Made by a program: the position numbers and the translations under genes. A stretch of DNA of 64,000 bases from Eledone cirrhosa. Its lineage: Eukaryota. A model generated the notes under the pieces. The model made no database searches, had not been told where the DNA came from, and saw only the letters and a list, made by a program, of their open reading frames with translations. The stretch lies in NCBI GenBank assembly GCA_964016885.1, contig OZ024740.1, positions 31,620,001-31,684,000 of the forward strand, read 5' to 3'. Positions 1 to 10,745 of this stretch are shown in pieces. The stretch's first letter is position 1, and every line of letters begins with the position of its first letter.

Positions 1-55
1 GCCTTTCATCCATTCAGGGTCAATAAATAAAAGTACCAATGAAGTACTGGGTTGA
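1..55 (+). mobile_element. SINE family 1 fragment (truncated by window start)
   Basis: gcctttcatcc..ggggtcaataaataaaagtacc..gtactggg core shared with the copies at 7818 and 9405. Confidence 0.75.
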
Positions 56-291
56 TTCTTCCTCTGTATTTCTTTCTCACTTCCTTTCTCTCACTTTCTC
101 TATCCTTCCCTGGAAGAAATCTGCTGTATTCAGGCCTGGAGAGGGGATGGGCTCCACCAGGTTTTTAAAAAATGCCCTAGAAATGCCGAATGTTAATATG
201 ATGCCCCTACAACTCCCTCAGGAGTTATGGGTCCATACCATATATATGCAAGTGTGGAAAAACAATGATGATGATATATAGATAAATGTAC

Positions 292-327
<36 letters not shown>
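292..327. repeat. (TA)n(TG)n microsatellite
   Basis: Direct reading. Confidence 0.95.
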
Positions 328-913
328 TAAAACAAAAAACAAAAAACAATAATGAAGAGTGCAGTACAAAGTGTTAGTATTAGGTTCGTGCTTGAGAGTG
401 GGGGGTGGGGGACATATATATATTTAATATATATGTAATATATATGTAATAATCACCCAGAAGGTGGTGAATTGACAAAGTCATTTGATCAATTCTTCCT
501 TTAACACTCACTTACACACATACAAACATACACAGACAGACACACACTTTCGCTCTCTCTCCTCTCTCTTTCACTCTTTCTTTCTTTACAGACAAACTTA
601 CTTCATACTAGAGTTGATTTTTGTTCTAAATGTTTTTGAAAAAACCAGATCTAAAAATGACCATTTTTTAAAATCCTGATATTATCCCGTGTATTCTTTC
701 TTTTTTAAGATAGTAAGATGTAATTTTGGAAAGATTTGGTTGCTATTTCTAGCAGAGTGATCAACTACAAAGAAGCTTCCTTGTTGGTTTATTTGTTAGT
801 AGTGTTAGTAACACGTATGTGCTATTTAATTCTGTATTTATATATTTATTCAGATATTTAACTGTCAATATGTTAAACTAACCATTTACTTGTACATCTT
901 TTGTCCATTTTAG

Positions 914-1072
914 GCTGTTCGTTTCCTTGATGATACAGGTGTACTACGACATTTTGATGAAGCTGGTCACCAATTAAAAGATCTGTTCTTCATCGACCCT
1001 GCTTGGTTATGTAGAATGTTGGCACAAATTGTTACAGTGAAACAAATTAATCCTTTTGTGACTGAACAAGGG
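914..1072 (+). CDS. LRRK2: LRRK2-like ROCO kinase, COR domain, internal exon A (phase 0 to 0)
   Basis: Acceptor ttttag| and donor |gtgaga; 159 nt = AVRFLDDTGVLRHFDEAGHQLKDLFFIDPAWLCRMLAQIVTVKQINPFVTEQG. Matches the human LRRK2 COR start as I recall it (AVHFLNESGVLLHF...LYFVEPKWLCKIMAQILTVK). Symbol means LRRK2-like; orthology untested. Confidence 0.9.
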
Positions 1073-1181
1073 GTGAGATAATTTTTTACATTATATTTAT
1101 CATATAAACTCATGTATAAGTCCCACCAATAGATAAGTCATGCCTCCATTTTATATAGAACATTTACAATGCACCATATAT

Positions 1182-1527
1182 TTCAAATTGGGATTTTGTA
1201 GGAACAGTAGCTAAATTACATGCTAGTTTTTCATGCCTTATTTTCATGGAAAAATATTAACTTACCGTATTTCCCGGTTCTGAAGACGCTTCATCCTTGA
1301 GGATGCACCCTAATTTTGACAACCAAAAATTTGAAAAAAGATAATAAACAACCTTCGGCCTCCAGGATGCATGGTAGATTTTTGAGACTTATTTTAGGAA
1401 AAAAGTAGCGTCTTTGACACCAGGAAATAGAGTATATATCAGCATAAGTTAACATTTTTCCATGAAAATATGGCATGAAAAACCAGCATGTGACTTAGCT
1501 ATTGATCCTACAAAACTTCATTTTGAA
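1182..1527. mobile_element. Foldback element (about 83-bp inverted arms) with nested MITE
   Basis: 1182-1264 (ttcaaattgggattttgtaggaacagtagctaaattacatgctagtttttcatgccttattttcatggaaaaatattaactta) is a near reverse complement of 1445-1527. Confidence 0.85.
1265..1432. mobile_element. TA-flanked MITE (Tc1/mariner-pogo-like)
   Basis: TA|ccgtatttcccggttctgaagacgc ... gcgtctttgacaccaggaaatagag|TA: imperfect TIRs with TA on both sides. Confidence 0.7.
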
Positions 1528-2023
1528 TTATACATGAAAGCACATGGTTTAGTGGTTAGAACCTTGGATTCACAATAGTGATCATAGAGGCTGCAGAAAG
1601 GGTTATAATAGGAGTGATGACAGTAGTAGGGGTAATGGTGGGAGGGGGAGGGGGTTACGGTGCTGCTGTTATTTAACCCCTTACTCAACAGACTTATATT
1701 TATAGGTGTTTCACCCATAACTATCCTATTTTGTTTTTGTCATTGTTTTTATTTTTCTCTAGCATATTGTATGTAGAATTACATTATCCAATATGTCCTT
1801 CCTTTTTTAAGAAAGTAGAGTGTGATTTGAGGAAAGTTTGGTTATTATTTCTAGTAGGTCAGGCAACATATAATTTTTATTAGTTTCTTTTGTGTGTGTG
1901 TGGTAATGATGTGTGTGAGTGTGTGACAGCTCACACCTATGCAGGGTTAGCTGGCCTCCTCCAAGGTATATCTCGTTGGAGGTGTCTTGGGTAATTTAAT
2001 GATAGGGACCTCAGTCCTATCAT

Positions 2024-2156
2024 CTCATTTCTACAGCTGAGTAAACTGGAGCAATGTGAAATAAAGTGTCTTGCTCAAGGAAACAACACATCACCCGGTC
2101 CGAGAATTGAACTCACAACCTTTTGATTGCAAACCCAATACTCTAACCACTAAGCC
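2024..2156 (-). mobile_element. tRNA-derived SINE (family 2)
   Basis: Reverse strand reads ggcttagtggttagag (A box) ... gtgagttcaattctc (B box) ... ccttgagcaagacactttatttcacattgctccagt. Confidence 0.75.
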
Positions 2157-2322
2157 TTCACTAATGATGGTAGGGGTTAATTTATCTTTCTTTTTTAAAA
2201 TCACGATAAAGTTGATGGTAATTGTGATTTAACTGATATTCTTTATCATAAGGTTATTAAACATGTTAAGTTTCCCTGTTTTATTACTCATTTAATTGAA
2301 AATTATTTTGATTTCTTCACAG

Positions 2323-2435
2323 ATTATACACAAGAAAGACTTAAAGATGCTTTTCACTGGGAAAGTCATTGATTTTGAATCTGACTATGTTTTTCCTCCA
2401 AGCCAGATTCCACAGTATCTAAAATTACTGGAAAA
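2323..2435 (+). CDS. LRRK2: LRRK2-like COR exon B (phase 0 to 2)
   Basis: ttcttcacag| ... |gtaaga; 113 nt = IIHKKDLKMLFTGKVIDFESDYVFPPSQIPQYLKLLE(K). In frame with exon A; compare LRRK2 GIISRRDVEK...FP..YMSQYFKLLEK. Confidence 0.9.
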
Positions 2436-2697
2436 GTAAGATGTTAATCTCTTGCTCTATATTGTTATGATACTAGTGTTTATTTTATTGACTTTATAAG
2501 AACAAAAGTAAAATTGGGTTTGTGACATTTTCTCATTTCTCTTCTCTATCAAATCTGCCATCTAATGTTCTCTGTTCTGTAGCAATGCTGAAGTTAGCTT
2601 AATATAGCGATTTTATTTTAAGAAGGTACAGTTAGCTAATTCAACAATAATATATCACTAGAGCTTTTTTTTTTTGTCAAAACTGGAAGGATGAAAA

Positions 2698-2923
2698 TTA
2701 ACCCTTTATCATTTACATTACTCTATATTTTCTATTGTATATTAATGGTAAAGGTTTTACCTCACATAATTATCTCACATGATATCGAATCTATGAGATT
2801 TTGATATTTATTTTGAGAACAATACCTTAACATCAGTATGAGTGGCCGGTTACAGCTGATTTGAATAGAAAGAGGTGAGAGAAATCTGGCCGGATATGGC
2901 CAGTTTAAATGCTAAAGGGTTAA
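2698..2923 (-). mobile_element. TTAA-flanked MITE (piggyBac-like), copy 1
   Basis: TTAA-ccctttatcattta ... taaatgctaaaggg-TTAA; the body is the reverse complement of the copies at 5846 and 7109. Confidence 0.88.
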
Positions 2924-2944
2924 GCAACCTTAATGAAAAATGAA

Positions 2945-3178
2945 TTGATCGAGTCCTTAGAGTTTTCAACAAAATGCCTTGTGGTATTTGTGCCAGCTTT
3001 CTGTCCTCTGAGTTAAAATACCACTTGGGTCAATTTTACTTTTCATCCTTTGCAGTTGATAAAATAAAAAAATAGTCTAAGGCAGTGGATTGGTGGAATT
3101 GCTAAAGTGTCAGATAAAATGCTTTGTGGTATTTGTTCTGGCTCATTATATTCTGAGTTCAAATCCTGCTGTGGTCTA
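2945..3178 (+). mobile_element. Two adjacent degenerate SINE family 1 remnants
   Basis: aaaatgccttgtggtattt..ctgagttaaaatacc..tttcatcc..gataaaataa (to about 3068), then ggcagtggattgg..aaaatgctttgtggtattt..ctgagttcaaatcc (3081-3178). Confidence 0.65.
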
Positions 3179-3420
3179 TTTGGGTGGCAAACTTAATCTG
3201 TCACTCATTATAACAGCACCACCTGTCTCCTTGGCTGCCCAATGCAGGCTAGGTCTTTGGTCTAAAGTTACCCTCCACCTTCCTTCCCACCAGTCTTGAA
3301 GATCCCCTTTCTGATGAAACAGTTTAAAAAATGGGACTTGAACTCAGAAGAAAGAAAAATTAGGTTTACAAGTTTTGTATAAAGAAATATTGGTGTGACA
3401 GTGCTGCTGCTGTTAAAAAG

Positions 3421-3520
3421 TAATGGTGGTGATAGTGGTAATAAGCAATATTTATATGATTGATGATGATGGCGGTAATGGTGGTGGTGGCAGCGGTGGT
3501 GGCGTTGGCGATGGTGGTGA
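3421..3520. repeat. Degenerate GGT/GGC/GAT trinucleotide low-complexity tract
   Basis: ggtggtgatagtggtaat..gatgatgatggcggtaatggtggtggtggcagcggtggt just upstream of the exon C acceptor. Confidence 0.85.
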
Positions 3521-3550
3521 CAGTGTTTCTTTTTTTTATCCACCATTTAG

Positions 3551-3639
3551 GTTTGAAATTGCTTTACCAAAAAACGAGGATGAGCTTCTTCTGCCTTGTC
3601 GATTGTCAACTGTACCTCCTAAAGTGAAATTCCCCCAAA
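3551..3639 (+). CDS. LRRK2: LRRK2-like COR exon C (phase 2 to 1)
   Basis: catttag| ... |gtaagt; 89 nt completes AA|G (Lys), then FEIALPKNEDELLLPCRLSTVPPKVKFPQ; compare LRRK2 KFQIALPIGEEYLLVPSSLS. Confidence 0.9.
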
Positions 3640-4642
3640 GTAAGTGACAAAAACTTGTTTTAAAAGTAGGCTAGCTTAATGTAAGCTGCTTCAATGCAGG
3701 GTTTTGACTTTGAAAAACAGTCAAATAAGTTGAGCTTATAAGTCCCTAGAGATTTTTAAGCTTTATCTTTCAGCTACTGTGAACTGTGGCCTGTTTGGCT
3801 TTCTGAATGGCATGCCTATTTTCAAAATTGCCTGAGGTAGTGGTGGTGGCGGCGTGGCAGTGGTGTTGGCAATAGTAGAGAAATGGATTTTGTGTGTGTG
3901 TGTGAAAGAGAGGACTAAATACAATATTAGAACAATAATTGAAAAATGTTGGTGAGTAAAAGCTTGTTTTTCATGGCTACAGTCTAGAATATGCATGCTT
4001 GTATTTTGGTGTTCCATATCAGTTATGTAAGTAGCAACTTGGTAAAATCAGCATCAAGCTTAGAGTTTGTTGAACGACAGTTTGAAGGCTGCAAGTTGAC
4101 AAATTACTGGGTGCTCTCTGATAGATTTCTTGTTGAACTCATAGCAGTGGAAACATCTGACATCCTGGGTCTTTCAAGTATATTTCAACTGACTTCAATC
4201 AGGACAGACCTGGCCATTCACAAGAATGAGCCCAGTGAGATAGACTGACTTTTTCAGCACACTTCCCTTGCCATCCTTGGAGGTACCATCTTCCCTATTT
4301 TGTCTGCTGGAATTATGAGATACTAGCAGAAAAACCACCCTTCAGGTGGTTTTCTACTAACATGTGTAGTGTGTATATTGATATTATATGCAAGTATATA
4401 TTTAACGAAGGGTAAAAAATGAAAAGTTTGATGGTTATATGTAGTTATTAGAAATGATAATAACAAAGTTGTTAGATGAAATAACTATAATAATAAGAAG
4501 AAATGTAATAACGAGAATATGAAGAATAAATGATTTGGTTATATATAGTTTACTCCACGTGAATCAATTAAAAAGTACATATAAAACAGTTACCAAGAGT
4601 TGTTAATGTTGTTATTGCTGCTGATGTGAGGCTGTTGTAGTC

Positions 4643-4778
4643 TGTTGTTGTTGGTGTGAAAACAGCGAGCGACAGATAATTGTTGTTGTTGTTGGAGTGA
4701 AAACAGCGAGCGACAGATAATTGTTGTTGTTGTTGGAGTGAAAACAGCGAGCGACAGATAATTGTTGTTGTTGTTGGA
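4643..4778. repeat. 41-bp minisatellite x3 inside the Helitron-like element
   Basis: gtgaaaacagcgagcgacagataattgttgttgttgttgga starts at 4656, 4697 and 4738. Confidence 0.95.
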
Positions 4779-5553
4779 ATTTGGAGTCTGTGGTAGTAGT
4801 TGTGAGACCATAGTTAGTGAGAGAGAGAGATATGATTTGTATATCTCTGAATGGTCTGTAATTGGTGGTAGACCACTGTGGCTTGTACATGGTCTGTAGT
4901 AGTAGGGCTCCAATCTCTGTGTGTGTATCTGTAGACCTCATGGGGTCTGTTGATAGTGGTGAATCCTTACATAGTTAGTTGCTAGCGTAATGCTCTGATG
5001 TCTTTGGCTTTTCTGTAGACCTCTGGGGTCTGAAGTTAGCGGTTAATCTTTACATAGTTAGTTGTGTATCCTATCGCTCCGATGTCTCTGTGTATAAAAT
5101 GGGAAAATATAGGCTTTATATAGCTATCGGTTCCTGTCTCCCACCTTGAGGGGATAGCCAACGCATCAACCTGTCTACACCAAAAGGGTGTTGACCTAGA
5201 ATTTAACCTTTAGGTATTACCCAAAGTTCAAGGCGCGGACAGATTTTGCTACATATATACATGTAGATATGATACGTCAAATAAAATCGCAATTGACAAT
5301 ATATAATACATAGAAATTGAACGAAGACTGCATTACACTGTCTTATTTAATCAGTAATGTAATCCATGATACATTAAAAAAGACAATATTATATATAAAC
5401 TGCATTAGGAGAAAATTACTGACAGAAAATTAGCAATGGCCAACCAGAAGTGTTGACATTTCAGAAATTTTAAAGAAGTGAATCTTTAAATAAACAAAAT
5501 ATATTTAATGAACAGCCACGAAATTTAGTAGATAAATTATGTAATATTCATTC

Positions 5554-5649
5554 ATTATTTATTCAAAGGGTCGATAAAATAAAGTACCAGTAATGTACTG
5601 GGTAATTGATGGCCTTGTGCCAAAAGTAGAAACAATTATTTATTCAAAG
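5554..5649 (+). mobile_element. 5'-truncated SINE family 1 with 15-bp TSD, nested in the Helitron-like element
   Basis: attatttattcaaag at 5554-5568 and 5635-5649 flanks ggtcgataaaataaagtaccagt..ggccttgtgccaaaagtagaaac. Confidence 0.85.
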
Positions 5650-5845
5650 TAATCCAACTTATTTTACAAACAGGATAAAAAAAAATAAACCGTACGCAAT
5701 CCCACAGACCTTCCTTTATTATAGTTTAGATTTGTATGACATGCAGTTATTTAGTAATGTAAGTATTTGTTTCTTCATTAACTGGCAGTCATGAGAACCT
5801 CAGCTTAAATGTTTCAGTATTTATTCTGGCCAACTGCACTCTTAG

Positions 5846-6074
5846 TTAACCCTTTAGCATTTAAACCGGCCATATCCGGCCAGAATTCTCTCACCTCTTT
5901 CTTTTCAAACTGGCTGTAAAAAGCTGCTCATACTTATGTTAAGGTATTGTTCTCAAAATAAATAATATCAAAATCTGATAGATTCTATATTATGTAGGAT
6001 AATTATGTGAGGTAAAGCCTTTATAGTGAAAATATAATAGTAAATATAGATTAATGTAAATGCTAGAGGGTTAA
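5846..6074 (+). mobile_element. TTAA-flanked MITE, copy 2
   Basis: TTAA-ccctttagcatttaaaccggccatatccggccagaattctctcacc ... taaatgctagaggg-TTAA. Confidence 0.9.
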
Positions 6075-6108
6075 AATCCCACTAGGGTCAATTTTCATCC
6101 TTTTTTGG

Positions 6109-6294
6109 CAGGGCTGGATTAACGATTATGCAAGATAAGCACATGCTTAGGGCATCAAAGGAAGAGGAGGAACCATTTTATGTAAATTAAATGTATTTGT
6201 CATTCAAATAAAATTTTCTTTCGCAGACTTTATATATGTGAACACCATAATCTTTTAAGTGCTTAGAGCATCAAAAGGACTTAATCTGGCCCTG
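6109..6294. mobile_element. hAT-like MITE
   Basis: TIRs cagggctggattaa / ttaatctggccctg, internal repeat gtgcttag(g/a)gcatcaaa, degenerate 8-bp flanks ttttttgg / cttttagg. Confidence 0.7.
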
Positions 6295-6830
6295 CTTTTA
6301 GGGTCGGTCAATATCCAGTAATAGAGAATTAACAGAATTGTAAAAGAGTCACATAACAATATCTGATCTGGCTCTGTACATTCTAAGTTCAAATCCTCCT
6401 GCCTCCTACTGCTAGGTGTTGCAGCCTGTAGTAGTATCAGTATTGGAAATATTTTTCCTTGGCCCAATCTAACAATTGGCTTCATTAAAATTGTGAAGTT
6501 AAAAAAACAAATTCATGATTTGAAAGCCTGTAATTATTAATCAATGTTATCAATATTATCAATATTTAATCATCATGTCATCATCTAATAATTTTGGCTT
6601 ACTTGAACCATTCAGTTAGTTTCATTACTGTAGCAATGTAGTCCGAGTATGGCATGTTGTCTAAAAAATTCAAATATGGAACATGAGTACTCACAATTTC
6701 ATCAAATTAGACTGGAGAGATTTTCAAAATCAAAATTGCAGATAACTTTCTTTTCGTTCAATCAATTCTTTTACTCTTCTCATAAATTTGTTTATGTCAG
6801 TAAATAATAAACATTCATTCAATTTTTCAG

Positions 6831-6925
6831 CAAGTTTTATTTCACGCATTTATCGCATGCCTCTTGCTCCAACTGGAATATGGATGAGGCTGTTGACAAG
6901 GTTGATTGCATTCTTTCAAAAACCG
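6831..6925 (+). CDS. LRRK2: LRRK2-like COR exon D (phase 1 to 0)
   Basis: tttttcag| ... |gtaatt; 95 nt: (T)SFISRIYRMPLAPTGIWMRLLTRLIAFFQKP; compare LRRK2 IIRLYEMPYFPMGFWSRLINRL. Confidence 0.88.
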
Positions 6926-7108
6926 GTAATTCCTTTTCATTTGAATATTTTTTTTATTTAAATGTACAGAAAAAACATGAAGTTAGGATGTTCCAGTGAC
7001 TAATCATGTGATTAGGAATTTCAAACACTTGCTACAACTACTGTATTTTGTATTCTTAGAGAACATATTTATGTTTCTATACTGATGTTTATATACTTGG
7101 CACATTCT

Positions 7109-7318
7109 TTAACTCTTTAGCATTTAAACTGGCCATATCCGGCCAGAATTCTCTCACCTCTTTCTGTTCAAACTGGCTGTAACCAGCTGCTCATACTGAT
7201 GTTAAGGTATGGTTCTCAAAATAAATAATATCAAAATCTCATAGATTCGATATTATGTGAAATAATACCAAGAAAATATAATAATAAATATAAAGTAACG
7301 TAAATGCTAAAGAGTTAA
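7109..7318 (+). mobile_element. TTAA-flanked MITE, copy 3
   Basis: TTAA-ctctttagcatttaaactggccatatccggccagaattctctcacc ... taaatgctaaagag-TTAA. Confidence 0.9.
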
Positions 7319-7346
7319 TGTATTGAACTCAATTGCGTGTATGCAG

Positions 7347-7680
7347 CATGACTAAATGGTTAAGACATTCACTTCACAATCATTTAGTCCTGAGTTTAAT
7401 CCCATTGCGTAGCATCTTGGACAAATGTTATTTACCATAACCTTGGGTCAACCCAAGCCTTTTGAGTAAAACTGGGTAGATCGAAGCCTGTTAGACAGAA
7501 ATCTGTTGGATAGACTCTACCTGTAATTCAAAGGGCCAGCCTTGTCACACATAGTCTCATGATGAATCTTTCAGAGAATTATGTTATAGGTACATATGTC
7601 TGTGGAATGCTCAGGTGATTACACATTAATTTAATGAAGAAGTTGTTCTGTTGATCGAGCGATTGAAACACTCATCATCA
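7347..7680 (+). mobile_element. SINE-like remnants
   Basis: Decayed tRNA-like head (tgactaaatggttaag..gagtttaatccc) followed by a repeat-like body ending in catcatca; boundaries approximate. Confidence 0.5.
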
Positions 7681-7817
7681 GTTTTCTGCTCCCAATGATG
7701 TTCAATTGTATCACACCAGACCATTATTCCATTCTGTCACATATAGCTGTTTACTACTGTTATTAACACCACTTTCAGTATGAAACAGTGATTGTTTTAT
7801 ATCGTTATTTTAGTCAG

Positions 7818-8038
7818 AGGGAGGTGGATTAGCAGTATTGGTAGAGCGTCGGACACCATGCTTTGCAGCATAGAGTTACAGCCCTTCATGATCTGAGTTC
7901 AAATCCCGCCGCGGTTAACTTTGCCTTTCATCCTTACAGGTCGATAAAATAAAGTACCAGTCACGCACTGCGATCGATTTAATCGATGTCCCCCCCCCCC
8001 AAATTACTGGCCTTGTGCCTATATAAGAAACCATTATT
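7818..8038 (+). mobile_element. Near full-length SINE family 1
   Basis: ggtggattagcagtattggtagagcgtcgg (A box-like), gagttcaaatcccgcc (B box), gcctttcatcc..gtcgataaaataaagtaccagt, C-run, ggccttgtgcc, tail attatt. Confidence 0.85.
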
Positions 8039-8361
8039 TTAGCCAGAGTTCTTTGGGAAGGCAATGATAATGATGGGAGATTTTTACTGGGTATTTTAAG
8101 TAGTGTTCTTTATCTATATAACTGTATAACACAAGTGACAATATACAGGTTATGGGCTTTTGTTTTGTGAGGTGCGTTGAGGGACGTATCTAGGAGGGTA
8201 TTATCAGTCACCTACTTAACTATCTTAGAAAAGCTAGTGATGAAGTGCATTTTCTCTGAATAATAGTCAGTATAGATGTTTATATAATGTGAATACATAC
8301 ACTCTCTCTTTTTTTCTCTCCTATTGTCTGTCGCATTCTCCCTCTCTCATTATTCTCCCCA

Positions 8362-8392
<31 letters not shown>

Positions 8393-8398
8393 TACACA
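8362..8398. repeat. (CT)n(CA)n microsatellite
   Basis: Direct reading. Confidence 0.95.
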
Positions 8399-8698
8399 GA
8401 AACACCTACATATTTTTAAATCTTTGGTTAAAATAATTCTAATTCTTATGAATTGTTGAAAATTAAAATAATTTAGAATAAAGTTAACAGCTACAATGTA
8501 CATTTTCTGGGGGGTTTTGACTATGAAAAATAGTCTAAGTAGAGCATATAAACCCCTGGTGAAGGAAAAAAGTTGACAGTACTCAGTATTTCTAAAAATA
8601 GATTATTTACTTACATTTAAATTTCCAACTGATTGATAAAGCTTAAAATGGAGAAAGGACTGGTTAAGCATCACTTTGGCACAATGGTAGCACATCCT

Positions 8699-9403
8699 AA
8701 CCTCCATGCTTCCTGAGATTCGCCAACACTACACCTAATATTCCCCCTCCATACACACGCACACATGTATATCATGACTCATACACTATTCACTTCCCTG
8801 ACATTTGTATATTATTCTATGTACTATACATTCACCTTTACATCACCAGTCTGGAACCCTTATCTTGCTCAGAACATTGACCACCTGGAAACTGTTCAGA
8901 GATGTGCAACCAAGCGAATACCCTCTATCAGGCATCTACCATACTCTGAATGCCTTACTTCCCTGGACATGGATACATTGAAGCTCCGACGCCTGGCAAC
9001 TGACTTGGTAAACACCCACAAGATTATTAACCATCTTGCCAACAACAACTCTGAGTACCTTTTTGATTTCCATGTGTCTAACACACGTGAACATGTCCAC
9101 AAAGTCAGAAAACAGCACAGTTCCCATGACTTTTGGAAACATTTTTTGCTGAAGCATGGAACAAACTACCTGCATCAGTTGTTAGCTGTCGAGACTCTGC
9201 ATCCTTTAAAACCTCCATGCTTCCTGAGATTCGCCAACACTACACCTAATGTTCCCCCTCCACACACATACACACATGTATATCATGACTCATACACTAT
9301 TCACTTCCCTGACATTTGTGTATTATTCTATGTACTATACATGCACCTTTGATGAGTTGTAGTGCACCTGAGCACTTTACACAATAATTTCATTATTATC
9401 ATT
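8699..9403 (+). mobile_element. CR1/L2-clade LINE 3' fragment with duplicated 3' segment
   Basis: ORF 8765-9352 contains SPVWNPYLAQNIDHLETVQRCATKRIP...LKLRRLATDLVNTHKII, typical of the CR1-type ORF2 C-terminus. It is frameshifted near 9150 and ends in a (catt/att)n tail; 8699-8839 repeats at 9210-9350. Confidence 0.85.
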
Positions 9404-9404
9404 A

Positions 9405-9603
9405 GGGCGGTGGATTGACAGTATCGATAGAGGGTCAGACGCCATGCTTTCCAGCATAGAGTCCCTTTATGATCTAAGTTCAAATCCCGCTGAGGTTAAC
9501 TTTGTCTTTCATCCTTACGGGGTCAATAAAATAAAGTACCAGTAATGCACTGGGTTAATTGCTGGCCTTGTGCTAAAAGTAGAAACAATTATTATCATTA
9601 TTA
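9405..9603 (+). mobile_element. SINE family 1 copy abutting the LINE tail
   Basis: Colinear with 7818-8038 (ggtggattgacagtatcgatagag..aagttcaaatcccgc..ggggtcaataaaataaagtaccagt..ggccttgtgc..attattatc). Confidence 0.85.
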
Positions 9604-9840
9604 TCCACACAGTATATGGAAATGTGTTCGTGTCTCACATGTGACAGTGTTTACTTTTTTCCATGTCCAGGGGCTTATATATCTATCTTGTTTGACCGTT
9701 TTCCATAGAAAAGAAAAAAACACACATTGTAACCGCTAACTTTACTCTGGGTTGCCTTATTTTTCAAAAATTCATTACTTACTCAATGCTTCTAAAAATA
9801 AATTGTTTATTTTCATCTAATTTTTACATTATTTCTGCAG

Positions 9841-9912
9841 ACCTTATTATCTGTGACTGTTCCAAAAGCGATAGATTACTACCGTAAAGGACTGTATGTG
9901 TATTGGTCAGAT
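9841..9912 (+). CDS. LRRK2: LRRK2-like COR exon E (phase 0 to 0)
   Basis: tttctgcag| ... |gtaagt; 72 nt: TLLSVTVPKAIDYYRKGLYVYWSD; compare LRRK2 MYWRQGIYLNWS. Confidence 0.85.
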
Positions 9913-10745
9913 GTAAGTATTTTATAATTTGTTTAATATGTTTATATATTTGAGATGAGTTATTTATTTTGATGGAATTACTTCAAAAGTTTTTGTTTTC
10001 ACCAGTTTGTATAATTATGTTTTTCTGCATTGATAATTTGAAAAGAAGCTCTTTATTTTGAAATATTATGAAATATATTGGGTTAAAACATTGTTTTGTT
10101 CTGTTTTGTCATCCTTTTTACCCCAGTTCTATCTTTATATTTCTATCCACATTGTACCAGCTTTACCAACATTCTCTTTATTATTTGTATAAATATCTGC
10201 ATCAATATAGCAAATGCGTAAATAACATTATAAGTTGCTCGCAATTCATTCAGAAGGACAAATATAATGTCTAGACCATGTATAATAACATAATAAATTC
10301 ATTGAACAAAAATGATAAAGGAAAGAAAAAAGAAGGAGGGTGGGGGGACAAATCAACACCGAGAGTGATAATTGGCTACACCTCATACCTTTGGGGTTAA
10401 CTACACACTTTCAGGCAAGCCAACACACAGCATTACCACAGGTGATTGCAAGGCTAAGGTGCTGAAACAACCAGGCACCCTCATGGGCATCACCTGCAAA
10501 TGCAGTTATCTTGTTTAAAACAACCATTTTAGAGTTTTACAGAACACAAAACATGGAGTAAACAGTCTAAGCAGTGATGGATTTACATTTTTAGAGAGTC
10601 CTAAAACTGTTATGAGGACTCCTTTATTACCACAAGGGGCCCTAAGGATTACGCTTCATTAATTTCATAGTAGATTTTCCACTGAGTCCAATACATCATT
10701 TCATCAGTATATTTGTTAATGTTTTGTTTTCATACTTTTCTTCAG

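Larger units (their letters stand above)
4323..5730 (-). mobile_element. Non-autonomous Helitron-like element
   Basis: On the - strand it begins A|TCTAAACTATAATAAAGG (5730) and ends with a hairpin (aaaaccacc 4331-4339 / ggtggtttt 4345-4353) followed by CTAG|T (4326-4323). This is insertion between A and T with no TSD; internal mini/microsatellites are present. Confidence 0.7.

Noticed and set aside
1999-2023. Small hairpin atgatagg...cctatcat as a terminator or regulatory element
   Set aside because: An 8-bp stem at a SINE edge in a eukaryotic intron is expected by chance.
2024-2156. tRNA gene
   Set aside because: A and B boxes are present, but there is no intact cloverleaf and it continues into a SINE body; the same applies to 7818 and 9405.
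3268-3546. His-rich 92-aa ORF on the - strand
   Set aside because: Translation of the GGT/GAT low-complexity tract in an intron.
4590-4941. Poly-Q/N/T ORFs of 107-109 aa
   Set aside because: Produced by (TGT)n and the 41-bp minisatellite inside the Helitron-like element.
8765-9352. 195-aa ORF as a host gene
   Set aside because: Chimera of a duplicated LINE 3' UTR and a frameshifted CR1-type ORF2 tail.
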